Positions 31,809 through 41,655 of a stretch of DNA of 64,000 bases are shown here, piece by piece. A model generated the notes under the pieces. That model saw only the letters and a list, made by a program, of their open reading frames with translations. It ran no database searches and was not told the origin of the DNA. The stretch is from Acidimicrobiia bacterium (GTDB lineage: Bacteria > Actinomycetota > Acidimicrobiia > Spongiisociales > ZC4RG35): NCBI GenBank assembly GCA_965203555.1, contig CBDBCY010000002.1:64001-128000 (forward strand), written 5' to 3'. Position 1 is the first letter of the stretch, and the number at the start of each line of letters is the position of its first letter. Position numbers and translations under genes: made by a program.

Positions 31809-32783
31809 TTACGGCGCCAGACACACCCGGCCCATCACTCGGCGGTCCGCCAGGTAGGCGAGGCCGGCCGGGGCTTCTTCGAAGGGATAGATCCGGTCGA
31901 CGTGGGGATGGATGAGACCCTGCTCGACCCATTGCTGCAGATGGGCGAGATTGGCCCGGTTGTGGTCGGGAAAGCGCTCCACCAGGTCGCCCCAGAACAC
32001 CCCCACCGCGGAGGCGGATTTCAACAGGGCCAGGTTGAGGGGCAGGCGGGGTATCTTGCCGGCGGCGAAGCCCACCACCAGCAACCGTCCGTTCCATCCC
32101 AGTGATCGGAAAGCCGTCTCGGTGACGGAACCTCCGACCGGATCGTAGATCACATCGGCGCCCCTGCCGTCGGTGAAGCCGCGAATGGCGGCCCGCAGGT
32201 CGTCGCGGTCGTATCGGATGGCGAGGTCGGCGCCGTTCTCCAGCACGAAGTCCGCCTTCCGGTCGGATGAGACCGCCGCGGCCACCCTGGCGCCCAGTTG
32301 CTTGGCGATCTTGACGGCGGCAATGCCTACCCCGCCCGCCGCTCCGAGAACCACCACTGTCTCGCCTTCCGCCAGGGCTCCTCGATCGACCAGGGCGTGG
32401 TAGGAAGTGCCGTAGGCGGTCATGAAAACCGCCGCTTCGGTGTCGTTCAGATTGGCCGGGGTCGGCGCGGTCCGGGTGGCGTCGGCTATCACATACTCGG
32501 CGTAGCATCCCATTCCGGCGAAGACCATGAGCCGGTCACCGACTTTGGCCGAATCCACCCCCTCGCCCACGTCTGTTACTGTTCCCGCTCCCTCGAACCC
32601 GGGAACGAAGGGAAGATCGGGCCTTACCTGATAAAGGCCCGACACCATGAGGATGTCGGCAAAGTTGAGCCCCGCCCCCCCGAGCGCGATCTTCACCTGT
32701 CCCGGTCCGGGGCTGGGTTCCGGGATCTGTTCGGTTTCCAATCCGGACGGGCCGGTCCAGTCGGTGCACACCACGGCTCTCAC
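31809..32783 (-). CDS. NADPH:quinone oxidoreductase (MDR family)
   Basis: LNFAD...GLYQ..P.LPFVPG.E, GAAGGVG, YDPVGG. Confidence 0.92.
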   Translation of the reverse strand: MRAVVCTDWTGPSGLETEQIPEPSPGPGQVKIALGGAGLNFADILMVSGLYQVRPDLPFVPGFEGAGTVTDVGEGVDSAKVGDRLMVFAGMGCYAEYVIADATRTAPTPANLNDTEAAVFMTAYGTSYHALVDRGALAEGETVVVLGAAGGVGIAAVKIAKQLGARVAAAVSSDRKADFVLENGADLAIRYDRDDLRAAIRGFTDGRGADVIYDPVGGSVTETAFRSLGWNGRLLVVGFAAGKIPRLPLNLALLKSASAVGVFWGDLVERFPDHNRANLAHLQQWVEQGLIHPHVDRIYPFEEAPAGLAYLADRRVMGRVCLAP

Positions 32784-32888
32784 AACCGGCTAGGTTACCG
32801 CAGAGGCCGGTCCTTGCTGCCCCTTTGGCGTGACGCCGTAACGCTTTGCCAACCCCGGCGTCTTGGGAGGCAAGCGGGTTAAAGGAAT

Positions 32889-33710
32889 ATGGGTAAACCG
32901 GATCACTCCGGAGAGATTCTCAGGGCTATTGCCAGATCCTATCGGGACGAGGTAGGCCCGGCGCGGGCCGAGCAACTGGTGATCCGAGCGATGGCTCGGG
33001 CCGGCCAGCCTTCTCCTCGGTTCAACAGATTCGGTGTCTTGGCGGCGAGCGTGGGGATGGCCGCCTCGGTGCTGGCAGTGGGGGTGATCGTGCTGGTCGG
33101 CAATTCCGAGTCCTCGGAGTCTGATCCTGTCAGTCCGGTGGCCTCCGACCAGCCTTCGGTAGTATCGACACCGGAAGCTGAAACACCGGCGGCGCCGATC
33201 CTGCCCACCGAAGAGCTCGAGGAGGCGTTGGATCTGCTCGAGCAGCAGAGACAGATGGAAGCCGCGGAGGTGGTGGTGAGAGCTCTCTCCTCAATCGTGG
33301 TCACGGTTGTGGACTCCGGGGATCCGGCGGTGGTCCCTTCTTCTACTCCCACCACTGCTCCCGAACAACAGGGGACTCGGCCCAATCCTTCCACTGTGGC
33401 GGGCCAGGTTCCTCCCGAGCAGAGCACCTATCGGCTGGAGACCGGGTCGGAGAGTTCGGTGGGGACGGAATCCACGGAAACCGGCACACCGTCTCAGCAG
33501 TCTGATTCACCCACCACCGCGTCTGATCCCGAGCCGACTATCGAAGAGCTGGGGCAGGCCCTGAGGGTCGAAGTGGAAGAGTTGTTGTCCGCCGATCCGC
33601 AGGATCTGGCCGAGGCGGCGGAGGAGGCGAGAGAAGCTGCACAGCAGATCCAGGATCACGGGGGCGAACCCACCATCCTGCTACCGCCCGACGGTGACGA
33701 CGAGGAATAG
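32889..33710 (+). CDS. Single-pass membrane protein, possible anti-sigma factor
   Basis: Short cytoplasmic N-terminus, one TM, acidic S/T/P-rich outer part; next to the ECF gene. Confidence 0.5.
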   Translation: MGKPDHSGEILRAIARSYRDEVGPARAEQLVIRAMARAGQPSPRFNRFGVLAASVGMAASVLAVGVIVLVGNSESSESDPVSPVASDQPSVVSTPEAETPAAPILPTEELEEALDLLEQQRQMEAAEVVVRALSSIVVTVVDSGDPAVVPSSTPTTAPEQQGTRPNPSTVAGQVPPEQSTYRLETGSESSVGTESTETGTPSQQSDSPTTASDPEPTIEELGQALRVEVEELLSADPQDLAEAAEEAREAAQQIQDHGGEPTILLPPDGDDEE

Positions 33711-33817
33711 GCGGCAGGGCGGGTTGCCGCCTGAGACACCGTGGCTTGCACGTATATAATCCGATTTCCCGGTCATTACCCGGACCTGTAGCGCCAAGCC
33801 AATAGCTTTAAGGTTGA

Positions 33818-34798
33818 ATGCTGCCCACGGACTTTTCCGCATGGCCTCCTTCCCTGTCTGAGGCGACCGCTGCCCGCGATGGCGACCAGGCGGCCCTCAC
33901 ATCCATTCTCACCAAGGGTTTGCCGAGGCTGGTGGCGTTCTACCGCGGCCAGGGTTTGATTCTGGCCGATGCCGAAGACGTGGCGAGTGATGTCTGCGAG
34001 GCAGTTGTCCGCTCCATCGCACGTTTGAGATCTCCCCAGGCCTTCGAAGCGTGGTTCTGGAGAGTGGCCCGCTCCAAGTTCCACGATTACTTGCGAAGGC
34101 GCCACCGACCGCTGCCCGCCCCGGAGTTGGAAACGACCCACATGCTCCCCGATGAACACACCCTGGACAAGGAGGAGTTCAGATTCGTCCGGGTGGCTTA
34201 CGGACAACTCACCGCCCGGGATCGGGAGTTGCTTTGGTTGCGCGAGGTCGAGGGCTTGTCCTACGCGGAGATCGGGGGCCGTTTGTTGAAAAGGGAGGGT
34301 TCGGTCAGGGTGGCGATGCTGCGGGCTCGGCGCAGATTCGAGCAACTTCTCACAGAGGAGAGGGATAAGCCTCAGGCGGGGCCGGTATACAAGTCCCCGT
34401 CCATACTGTTCATGGAGGCCAAAGACGCTGACTGCTCTCAGATAGCCGCCGCTCTGCTGCGCTCTATGGCCGCCGGTCCGGTAAGAGTGTTCAATGGAGG
34501 GTCGGCGCCCGCTTCCCGGGTGGATCCCCGTACCGTGAGGGTGTTGGCGGAGCGGGGAATAGACATTGGCGGGGTCAAACCGGTCAGGTTGAACGCTGCG
34601 ATGGTGAAAGCTGCGGAAGTAGTGGTGGACCTTGGCGAGAAACAAACCCCCGCAGTGGCGGACAAGCGCTACTTGCGATGGCAGATCGAGTCTCCAGTGG
34701 GTGAGGGTCTCGATGCAATGAGGGTGGCCCTCAATGAAATAGAGCGGCGTGTATGGGAGTTGATGATCTTGTTGGAAATCGAACCCCGCAAGGTCTAA
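33818..34798 (+). CDS. ECF sigma factor with C-terminal degenerate ArsC/LMW-PTP domain
   Basis: Region 2 DAEDV..F.AWFWRVAR.K..DY.RR; region 4 LREVEGLSYAEIG; C-terminal half follows the LMW-PTP fold pattern. Confidence 0.8.
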   Translation: MLPTDFSAWPPSLSEATAARDGDQAALTSILTKGLPRLVAFYRGQGLILADAEDVASDVCEAVVRSIARLRSPQAFEAWFWRVARSKFHDYLRRRHRPLPAPELETTHMLPDEHTLDKEEFRFVRVAYGQLTARDRELLWLREVEGLSYAEIGGRLLKREGSVRVAMLRARRRFEQLLTEERDKPQAGPVYKSPSILFMEAKDADCSQIAAALLRSMAAGPVRVFNGGSAPASRVDPRTVRVLAERGIDIGGVKPVRLNAAMVKAAEVVVDLGEKQTPAVADKRYLRWQIESPVGEGLDAMRVALNEIERRVWELMILLEIEPRKV

Positions 34799-34887
34799 AG
34801 CCCCGAATTTGAAAAAGGGGGTTCCCGATTTAGGGTTTTTGTGACATAGTAGAAGGCAGGAAGTGCTCTTTATATGAGAAAGATCCC

Positions 34888-35907
34888 ATGAGTAACAAGG
34901 ATTCCGCGGTTGCGGCCCGGTCCAAGGCCAGGAAGGCGCGGCCAGTAGCCAGAAGAGACAGGCAGGCGCGACTGACCAATCAAATCACTGACGAGCGGGG
35001 TCGGCTGACGTCTGATCTGGTGGCCCAATACCTGTCCGCCATCAGCGAGACCGATCTGCTTGATGCTCAGCAGGAGGTCGAATTGGCTCAGTTGATGGAG
35101 GGAGGTCGCCAGGCGGAGGGCAAACTGGAGGAAGAAGAATACGAAACGCGGAAGGAGAAGAGGGCTCTGGAGAGGCAGAAGCGACGGGGCGCCGACGCCA
35201 AGAATCGGTTTGTCCAGGCCAATCTCCGCCTGGTGGTACACAATGCCCGTCGCTATCAGGGAGTAAGAGGGATCGATTTTCTCGATTTGGTTCAGGAGGG
35301 CAACCTGGGTCTCATCCGCGCGGTGGAGAAGTTCGACTGGCGCAAAGGCTTCAAGTTCTCCACATACGCCACCTGGTGGATCAAGCAGGCCATCACCCGC
35401 GCCATCGCCGACAAGTCCCGCACCGTGCGAATCCCCGCTCACCTTCATGACACCTTGGCCAAGGTTCGACTGGCGCAGGGGATTTTGAAGGGAAAGCTCG
35501 GGCGTATGCCTAATCCCGAAGAGATCTCTGAAGAGACGGGCATCCGTATCGACCACGTGGAACAGGCGTTGGTTCTTTCCGACACCGTCTCCCTGGAGGA
35601 GCCGGTGGGAGAGGACGGAGCGCAGCGGGGGGATTTCATAGAAGACGGTGACGCCGAGGATCCGGAGGCGATCGCCGAGGCGACCAGCGTGGCTATCGCG
35701 ATGCGCAATTCCATCAAGAAACTCCCCGACCGGGAGAGAAAGATCATGGAGTTGCGGTACGGGTTGGAAGACGGAATCCCCAAGGGCCTGGACGAGATCG
35801 GCAGTCACTTCCAGTTGACCCGCGAGAGGATCCGCCAGTTGGAGAAGCTGGCCTTGTGCAGGTTGCGACATCCCTCCTACGGGATTCGCCAGCAGGATCT
35901 CATCTAA
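34888..35907 (+). CDS. Sigma-70 factor, RpoD/SigB-like, lacking region 1.1
   Basis: ANLRLVV, DLVQEGNLGLIRAVEKFD, KFSTYATWWIKQAI, TRERIRQLE. Confidence 0.92.
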   Translation: MSNKDSAVAARSKARKARPVARRDRQARLTNQITDERGRLTSDLVAQYLSAISETDLLDAQQEVELAQLMEGGRQAEGKLEEEEYETRKEKRALERQKRRGADAKNRFVQANLRLVVHNARRYQGVRGIDFLDLVQEGNLGLIRAVEKFDWRKGFKFSTYATWWIKQAITRAIADKSRTVRIPAHLHDTLAKVRLAQGILKGKLGRMPNPEEISEETGIRIDHVEQALVLSDTVSLEEPVGEDGAQRGDFIEDGDAEDPEAIAEATSVAIAMRNSIKKLPDRERKIMELRYGLEDGIPKGLDEIGSHFQLTRERIRQLEKLALCRLRHPSYGIRQQDLI

Positions 35908-35955
35908 GAAAGCCCCATTGCCTTACGTCTAGCCTCTAAGGTACAGGGGCGGGCA

Positions 35956-37380
35956 ATGATGACTTTCGGAAGAGACCGCGAGGCCGCTTTAGTGAAGGGC
36001 CTCGACACGTTTTTCGTGAAGGGTCTGTTCGGACGGGACGCCCGGGGCCGCCTGGGAGCAGGCATTCTGCTCCTGATGGGGATGATGATTTTGTGGGCCG
36101 GTCCGGCATTCGGCCAGTCATCGGAAACGGTTGACGCCAGGTTGCGTTACCAGAACGAGGAGGGAGAACGGGTGCCGGTGGAGGGAGCGATGCTGTCCGT
36201 CACCACCTTGGAGGGGTCTGAGATAGGTTCGGGAGTCACTGACGCGGACGGGGTCTTCTCGGTGCCGGTTCCCCAACCGGCTGTGTACCTGGTGAGCATC
36301 GATGCCGGCACCCTCCCCGCCGGAATCCGGTTGCGGGAACCGGAGCGGGTCACCGTGGAAGTGGAAGTGCTGGAGGGCAGGGCGGGAAGAGCCATATTCT
36401 CCCTGATCAGCGGTGAGGTGACGGTCGTGGAGGAAGGCGGTGGAATCTCCCTGCGACGGGTGGCGCAACTCACCACCGAGGGGATAAAACTGGGTTTGTT
36501 TCTGGGTATGGCCGCTATTGGCCTGTCACTGGTTTTCGGAACCACCGGGCTGGTCAACTTTGCCCACGGCGAGATGGTCACGTGGGGCATGCTGTCCGCC
36601 TACTTCTTCAACTTTTACGGTCTGGCCGGGATGTTCGGCTTCATGACCGGCTGGTGGCCGCCGTTCGGTCAAGGGATGAACCTCGTCCTGGCGGCTGTCA
36701 TGGCGGTAATAATCGGAGGCGTCACCGGCTACCTGATGGACAGATGGATTTTCCGCCCGCTGCGCACCCGTGGCGTCAGCCTCATCGCGCAGATGGTGGT
36801 AACCATCGGGCTTGCGATTCTGGCTCGGTACATTTTTCTCTTCATTTTCGGGGGGAATCTGCGGTTTTTCAGGGACTATTCGGCTCAGAGCGCTCTGCAA
36901 ATCTGGATTATCGAGATCACGCCCAAGGACCTGATAACGGTGGTTCTCTCCGTGTTGATCCTGATCGGGGTGGGATCGTTCCTCCAGCGGACCCAGACCG
37001 GCAAGGCCATGCGGGCGGTGGCGGACAACCGCGACCTGGCCGAGTCGTCTGGGATCGATGTTCAACGGGTTATCAAGATCGTCTGGATAGGAGCGGGTTC
37101 TCTGGCCGCACTGGGCGGGGTGTTTATCGGGCTGGCCGAGCAGTTGAGTTGGCTGATCGGTTTCAGGATGCTGCTTTTGATCTTCGCCGGAGTGGTCCTG
37201 GGCGGGTTGGGCACTGCCTACGGGGCCCTGCTGGGGTGCCTGCTGGTGGGGATCGGCATCCAACTCTCCACCCTTTTCATCCCCGTCGAGTTGAAGAACA
37301 TCGGCGCGTTGGTGGTGCTGGCCCTGGTGTTGGTGGTACGACCCCAGGGCATCTTGGGCAGGAGGGAGAGGTTCGGGTAG
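35956..37380 (+). CDS. Branched-chain amino acid ABC permease (LivH-like) with N-terminal extracellular domain; start uncertain
   Basis: AIGLSLVFG..GLVNFAHGE, GKAMRAVADN, RPQGILG. Confidence 0.88.
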   Translation: MMTFGRDREAALVKGLDTFFVKGLFGRDARGRLGAGILLLMGMMILWAGPAFGQSSETVDARLRYQNEEGERVPVEGAMLSVTTLEGSEIGSGVTDADGVFSVPVPQPAVYLVSIDAGTLPAGIRLREPERVTVEVEVLEGRAGRAIFSLISGEVTVVEEGGGISLRRVAQLTTEGIKLGLFLGMAAIGLSLVFGTTGLVNFAHGEMVTWGMLSAYFFNFYGLAGMFGFMTGWWPPFGQGMNLVLAAVMAVIIGGVTGYLMDRWIFRPLRTRGVSLIAQMVVTIGLAILARYIFLFIFGGNLRFFRDYSAQSALQIWIIEITPKDLITVVLSVLILIGVGSFLQRTQTGKAMRAVADNRDLAESSGIDVQRVIKIVWIGAGSLAALGGVFIGLAEQLSWLIGFRMLLLIFAGVVLGGLGTAYGALLGCLLVGIGIQLSTLFIPVELKNIGALVVLALVLVVRPQGILGRRERFG

Positions 37381-37382
37381 CT

Positions 37383-38393
37383 ATGACCGTGGCAGCGATC
37401 GACTGGGGTTTCATAGTCATCCAAACGGTGGAGACGTCGTTGGGCTTGGAGGCGGCGGTCTACGCCCTGGCGGCGGTGGGGCTCAATGTCCACTTCGGGT
37501 ACGCCGGATTGCTGAACTTCGGGCAGGTTGGTTTCGTAGCGATGGGCGCCTACGGAATGGGTTTGTCGGTGACGCTTTGGAATCTGAATCCGTGGCTGGC
37601 AGTGCTGGTGGGGATGGGATTCGCCACCCTTTTCGCTCTCGTTCTGGGCGTTCCCACCCTCCGTTTGCGGGGGGACTACCTGGCAATCGTCACCATCGCC
37701 GCCGCCGAGATAGTCCGCCTGTTCGCCCGATCGACCACTCTGGGCGACATCACCCGCGGCGCCGAGGGTCTCCACGCTTTCATCGGACCCTTCCGCGAGT
37801 TGAGTCCCTTCGATCCCGGCGCCGAATACGGGATCGGGCCTTTCCAGGTGGGCGGCAATCAGTTCTTCGCCATCGTGCTGGGATGGGGGGTGACGGCCGT
37901 CTGCCTGGTGGTTATCTGGCAGTTGATGCGCAGTCCGTGGGGGAGAGTGGTGAAGGCCATCCGCGAAGACGAGGACGCCGCCCGGGCGCTGGGGAAGAAC
38001 GCCTACTGGTACAAGCTCCAGGCTCTGATTCTGGGCGGTGTGATCGGGGGCCTGGCCGGGATGGTGCAGGCCGTCGGAAAAGCCACCATCCAGCCCGACT
38101 CGTTCGTGCCGGCCTACACGTTCTTCTTCTGGACGGTCCTGATCCTGGGCGGGGTGGGCCGTATCTGGTCGCCGGTAGTGGGCGCCATGCTCTTTTGGGC
38201 GATGCTCACTTTCTTCCAGGGGACCCTCACGGCTCTGGTGACCGAAGGTCTTATTCCCACCGCGTTCATGGACCCGACCCAGGTGAACCAGATCCGCTTT
38301 ATGCTGGTGGGAGTGGGCCTGGCTTTGCTGATGGTCTTCCGACCACAGGGCATCTTCGGATCGAGAGAGGAGATGATGCTGGATGTCCGGTAG
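37383..38393 (+). CDS. Branched-chain amino acid ABC permease (LivM-like)
   Basis: GLNVHFGYAGLLNFG, RLRGDYLAIVT, SPWGR...AIREDE. Confidence 0.9.
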   Translation: MTVAAIDWGFIVIQTVETSLGLEAAVYALAAVGLNVHFGYAGLLNFGQVGFVAMGAYGMGLSVTLWNLNPWLAVLVGMGFATLFALVLGVPTLRLRGDYLAIVTIAAAEIVRLFARSTTLGDITRGAEGLHAFIGPFRELSPFDPGAEYGIGPFQVGGNQFFAIVLGWGVTAVCLVVIWQLMRSPWGRVVKAIREDEDAARALGKNAYWYKLQALILGGVIGGLAGMVQAVGKATIQPDSFVPAYTFFFWTVLILGGVGRIWSPVVGAMLFWAMLTFFQGTLTALVTEGLIPTAFMDPTQVNQIRFMLVGVGLALLMVFRPQGIFGSREEMMLDVR

Positions 38394-39309
38394 CAATCTC
38401 CTTTCACGCCTCTTGGAAAGGATCAGGCGTCCCGAAGAGTTCGAACCCGATTTGGGATGGGTTCTGGACGAGTCCCGCAGCAAGTGGATGGAGGAGAATG
38501 TTTCGGGGGTCACCAAACCCGATCCCGCCCTGGTGATCAAGGGCCTGCGCCGGGCCTTCGGGGGCCTCATGGCGGTGGATGTGGATCATCTGGAAATCCA
38601 ACGGGGAGTCATAACCGCGCTGATAGGTCCCAACGGGGCGGGCAAGACCACTTTCTTCAATCTGCTCACCGGATTCGACCGCCCCGATTCGGGGTCGGTG
38701 CTCTTCGACGGACGGGACATCAAACGGTTGCGCTCACATGAACGAGCCCGGAGGGGAATGGTACGCACCTTTCAACTCACCAAGGCGCTCACCAAGCTCT
38801 CGGTGTTGGAGAACATGAAGTTGGGCGCCAAGGGCCAGATCGGGGAGGGATTCGCCCGCTCGCTGTACCCACCACTCTGGCGGGCCCAGGAGAAAGCCAT
38901 CGAAGAGCGGGCCATGGAACTCCTGGAGAGATTCTCGCTGGCTCACATGGCCTCCGAATACGCGGGCACCCTCTCGGGCGGCCAGCGCAAGCTCCTGGAG
39001 ATGGCCAGGGCGCTGATGTCACGGCCGGCGGTCGTGATGCTGGACGAACCGGTGGCGGGGGTCAATCCGGCTCTCACTCAATCTCTGCTGGAGCATGTCA
39101 GAAGATTGCCCATCGAGGGCATGACGGTGATTTTTGTGGAACATGACATGGACGTGGTTTGGGACATCTCCGACTGGGTGGTGGTAATGGCGGAGGGGAA
39201 GGTGATCGCCGAGGGCTTGGCGGAGGACATTGGAAAGAACCGGGCCGTGATCGATGCCTATCTCGGCTCGGGGCAGGGGATCGAGGACTCCGGGGAGGAA
39301 TCTCAGTGA
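38383..39309 (+). CDS. ABC ATP-binding protein (LivG-like)
   Basis: GPNGAGKT, LSGGQRK, LDEP.AGVN. Confidence 0.92.
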   Translation: MSGSNLLSRLLERIRRPEEFEPDLGWVLDESRSKWMEENVSGVTKPDPALVIKGLRRAFGGLMAVDVDHLEIQRGVITALIGPNGAGKTTFFNLLTGFDRPDSGSVLFDGRDIKRLRSHERARRGMVRTFQLTKALTKLSVLENMKLGAKGQIGEGFARSLYPPLWRAQEKAIEERAMELLERFSLAHMASEYAGTLSGGQRKLLEMARALMSRPAVVMLDEPVAGVNPALTQSLLEHVRRLPIEGMTVIFVEHDMDVVWDISDWVVVMAEGKVIAEGLAEDIGKNRAVIDAYLGSGQGIEDSGEESQ

Positions 39310-40052
39310 GCGCGCCGGCCGCTGCCGACCGGCCGCTCGTGGAGTTGCGTCAACTGGTGGCCGGCTACCTGCCCGGGGTTGATATTCTGAGAAAGGTCGA
39401 TCTTGCCCTGTATGCGGGGGAGATGATCGGGATCATCGGTCCGAACGGCGCCGGCAAGTCCACCTTGCTGAAGGCCCTGTTCGGCCTCTTGGAGGTGCGT
39501 TCGGGTGATGTGGTTTTCAAGGGGGAATCCATCACCGGCCTGCGGGCTCATGAATTGGTGGCCAGGGGAGTGGGGTACGTGCCGCAACTCGACAACGTGT
39601 TCTCTGCGCTGACAGTGATGGAAAACCTGGAGATGGGGGCGTATCTGGCGCCGCACGCCACCACCGAACGGATGGAGAGGGTGGTGGAGTTGTTCCCGAG
39701 GTTGGGGGAGCGACTCGGTCAGCGGGCCGGGCTCCTGTCGGGCGGTGAGCGGCAGATGCTGGCCATGGGACGGGCCTTGATGATGAATCCCGAAGTGCTG
39801 CTGTTGGACGAGCCGTCGGCGGGACTTTCTCCGGTGCTCCAGGATCAGGTGTTCGCCCGGGCCAGGGATATCAACCGATCGGGAGTGGCGGTGATCATGG
39901 TGGAGCAGAACGCCCGACGGTGCCTGCAGATCTGCCACCGGGGTTACGTGCTGGACCACGGCCGCAATGCCTACACCGGGACCGGGCAGAGTCTGCTCAA
40001 TGACCCGAAGGTGATCGAGCTTTACCTGGGCACCCTGGCCCGGGGCGACTGA
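39306..40052 (+). CDS. ABC ATP-binding protein (LivF-like)
   Basis: GPNGAGKS, LSGGERQMLAMGR, VEQNA; GTG start overlaps the previous stop. Confidence 0.92.
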   Translation: MSAPAAADRPLVELRQLVAGYLPGVDILRKVDLALYAGEMIGIIGPNGAGKSTLLKALFGLLEVRSGDVVFKGESITGLRAHELVARGVGYVPQLDNVFSALTVMENLEMGAYLAPHATTERMERVVELFPRLGERLGQRAGLLSGGERQMLAMGRALMMNPEVLLLDEPSAGLSPVLQDQVFARARDINRSGVAVIMVEQNARRCLQICHRGYVLDHGRNAYTGTGQSLLNDPKVIELYLGTLARGD

Positions 40053-40077
40053 GCGCCCGGAATACTCGATCGAGAAA

Positions 40078-40103
40078 GTGGGGGCCGGTTGCCCGGCCCC
40101 CAC
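40078..40103. terminator. GC-rich hairpin between convergent genes
   Basis: GTGGGGGCCGG-TTGC-CCGGCCCCCAC; TTT tract follows on the minus strand. Confidence 0.75.
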
Positions 40104-40124
40104 CGGCAATTGGCGGTACGGGAG

Positions 40125-41450
40125 TTACCCGGCGGCGAAGACGTACTCGTCGAGTGAGGTGTCGGGTGTGTCGCCCCCGCTGTAGGTGGCGATGCGGAAG
40201 CTGGCTGCGGCGGGTTCGCCGGCTTCCACGAATTCGTAGGGTCCGCCGACGCCGTCGTAGTCGGGATCGCCGCCGCTTCCGATGATGTCCCTGCACTCCG
40301 CGAAGCTGGTGCACTTGGCGCCGCCCCGGGTCACGTCGTTGATCTCCGCCGCGATCTCCACCGGGTCGTCCGAGTTGGCGACCAGGGCGGCCAACGCCAC
40401 GATCACGATCGCGTCGTAGGTCTCCGCGCCATAGGCATAGATCTGTTGCAGACCACCCTCGTAGGCGCTGTCCAGCCGGTCGGTGAAGTCCGAGATCGAA
40501 CTCAGGTCCACCGAAGGTTCGGTGCCGCGCATTCCCGTGATGATCGAAGGATCGGAAAGCTCGGCGCCGATACCGCCGATGTTTCCGTCGACACCGTACA
40601 CGTTGGTGGCGGAGGTGGCGCCGATGCCCCGCTCGTGCATGGTGGTCAAGATGGTGGCGGACTCCTGGAAGCCGATCACCACGACCGCGTCGGGATTCGC
40701 CCCCGCCAGTTGATCGACCTCGGCGTCGAAGTTGTCGGTGCCGGGCGCATAGGCGATGAACGGATCAACCGTACCCCCCAGGCTCTCGAAGTTCTCCATG
40801 AACGAATCGGCCAGACCTTGCCCGTAGGACTCCTGGCGATAGATCACACCGGCGATCTCGTTGCCCTCCGAAGCCACCAGGTCCGCCAGGACCTTGCCCT
40901 GCAACAGGTCGGAAGGGGCGGTACGGAAGTACAGGCCGTTGTCGTCGTAGGTGGTGAAGTCCGGTGAGGTGTTGGCCGGGGAGAAGTGAATCACGTTGTT
41001 GCCGGTGATCTTGTCGATCACCAGCTTGGAGACGGCCGAACTGGCCGCTCCGATGATGGCGTCCACCTCCAGGGCCAGCAGGCGGTCGACCTCGGGGTTG
41101 GCGATGTCCTGGTTGGTGTCGCCCGAGTCGCCCTCGTGCAACACCATGTCATTGCCGAATACTCCGCCCGCCGCGTTGATATCGGCGGCGGCCAGCCGGG
41201 CGCCCGCCACTACCGCCGGACCCAGGAAGGCCAAATCACCGGTGACCGGCAACAAGGTTCCGATCACCAATTGGCCGTCGGCAGCCGCTTGTTGCGGAGC
41301 ATCCTCGGTTGCAGCAGCAGTGGTGGCCGGAGCGGCGGTGGTTGGTGCAACATCGTCTTCTTCAGTGTCTCTGTCACCGCAGGCTGCTGCAACCAGGGTC
41401 AATACTGACACGATGGCGAACAGTTTCAGATTTTTCTTGGTTCTGTACAT
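40125..41450 (-). CDS. ABC substrate-binding lipoprotein (LivK-like)
   Basis: Lipobox AAAC, GTLLP.TGDL, INAAGGV, FRTAPSD. Confidence 0.92.
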   Translation of the reverse strand: MYRTKKNLKLFAIVSVLTLVAAACGDRDTEEDDVAPTTAAPATTAAATEDAPQQAAADGQLVIGTLLPVTGDLAFLGPAVVAGARLAAADINAAGGVFGNDMVLHEGDSGDTNQDIANPEVDRLLALEVDAIIGAASSAVSKLVIDKITGNNVIHFSPANTSPDFTTYDDNGLYFRTAPSDLLQGKVLADLVASEGNEIAGVIYRQESYGQGLADSFMENFESLGGTVDPFIAYAPGTDNFDAEVDQLAGANPDAVVVIGFQESATILTTMHERGIGATSATNVYGVDGNIGGIGAELSDPSIITGMRGTEPSVDLSSISDFTDRLDSAYEGGLQQIYAYGAETYDAIVIVALAALVANSDDPVEIAAEINDVTRGGAKCTSFAECRDIIGSGGDPDYDGVGGPYEFVEAGEPAAASFRIATYSGGDTPDTSLDEYVFAAG

Positions 41451-41655
41451 CTAAGATCCGTCCTTTCTCCCGGCCGGCAATTCCTCCCGTGATAGAGGAT
41501 GAGACGCTGGATCGAAGTTCTTGGCATTCCTCGACCGGGGATTCCAACCTGCAGAGTCATCCAGGCGATCTCATTGTAAGTGCCGGGTGAACCTTTTGCT
41601 GAGAGGAAAGCAATAAGAAATCCTAGCTTCAAGGACCCGCGGATAGCGGGAACGA

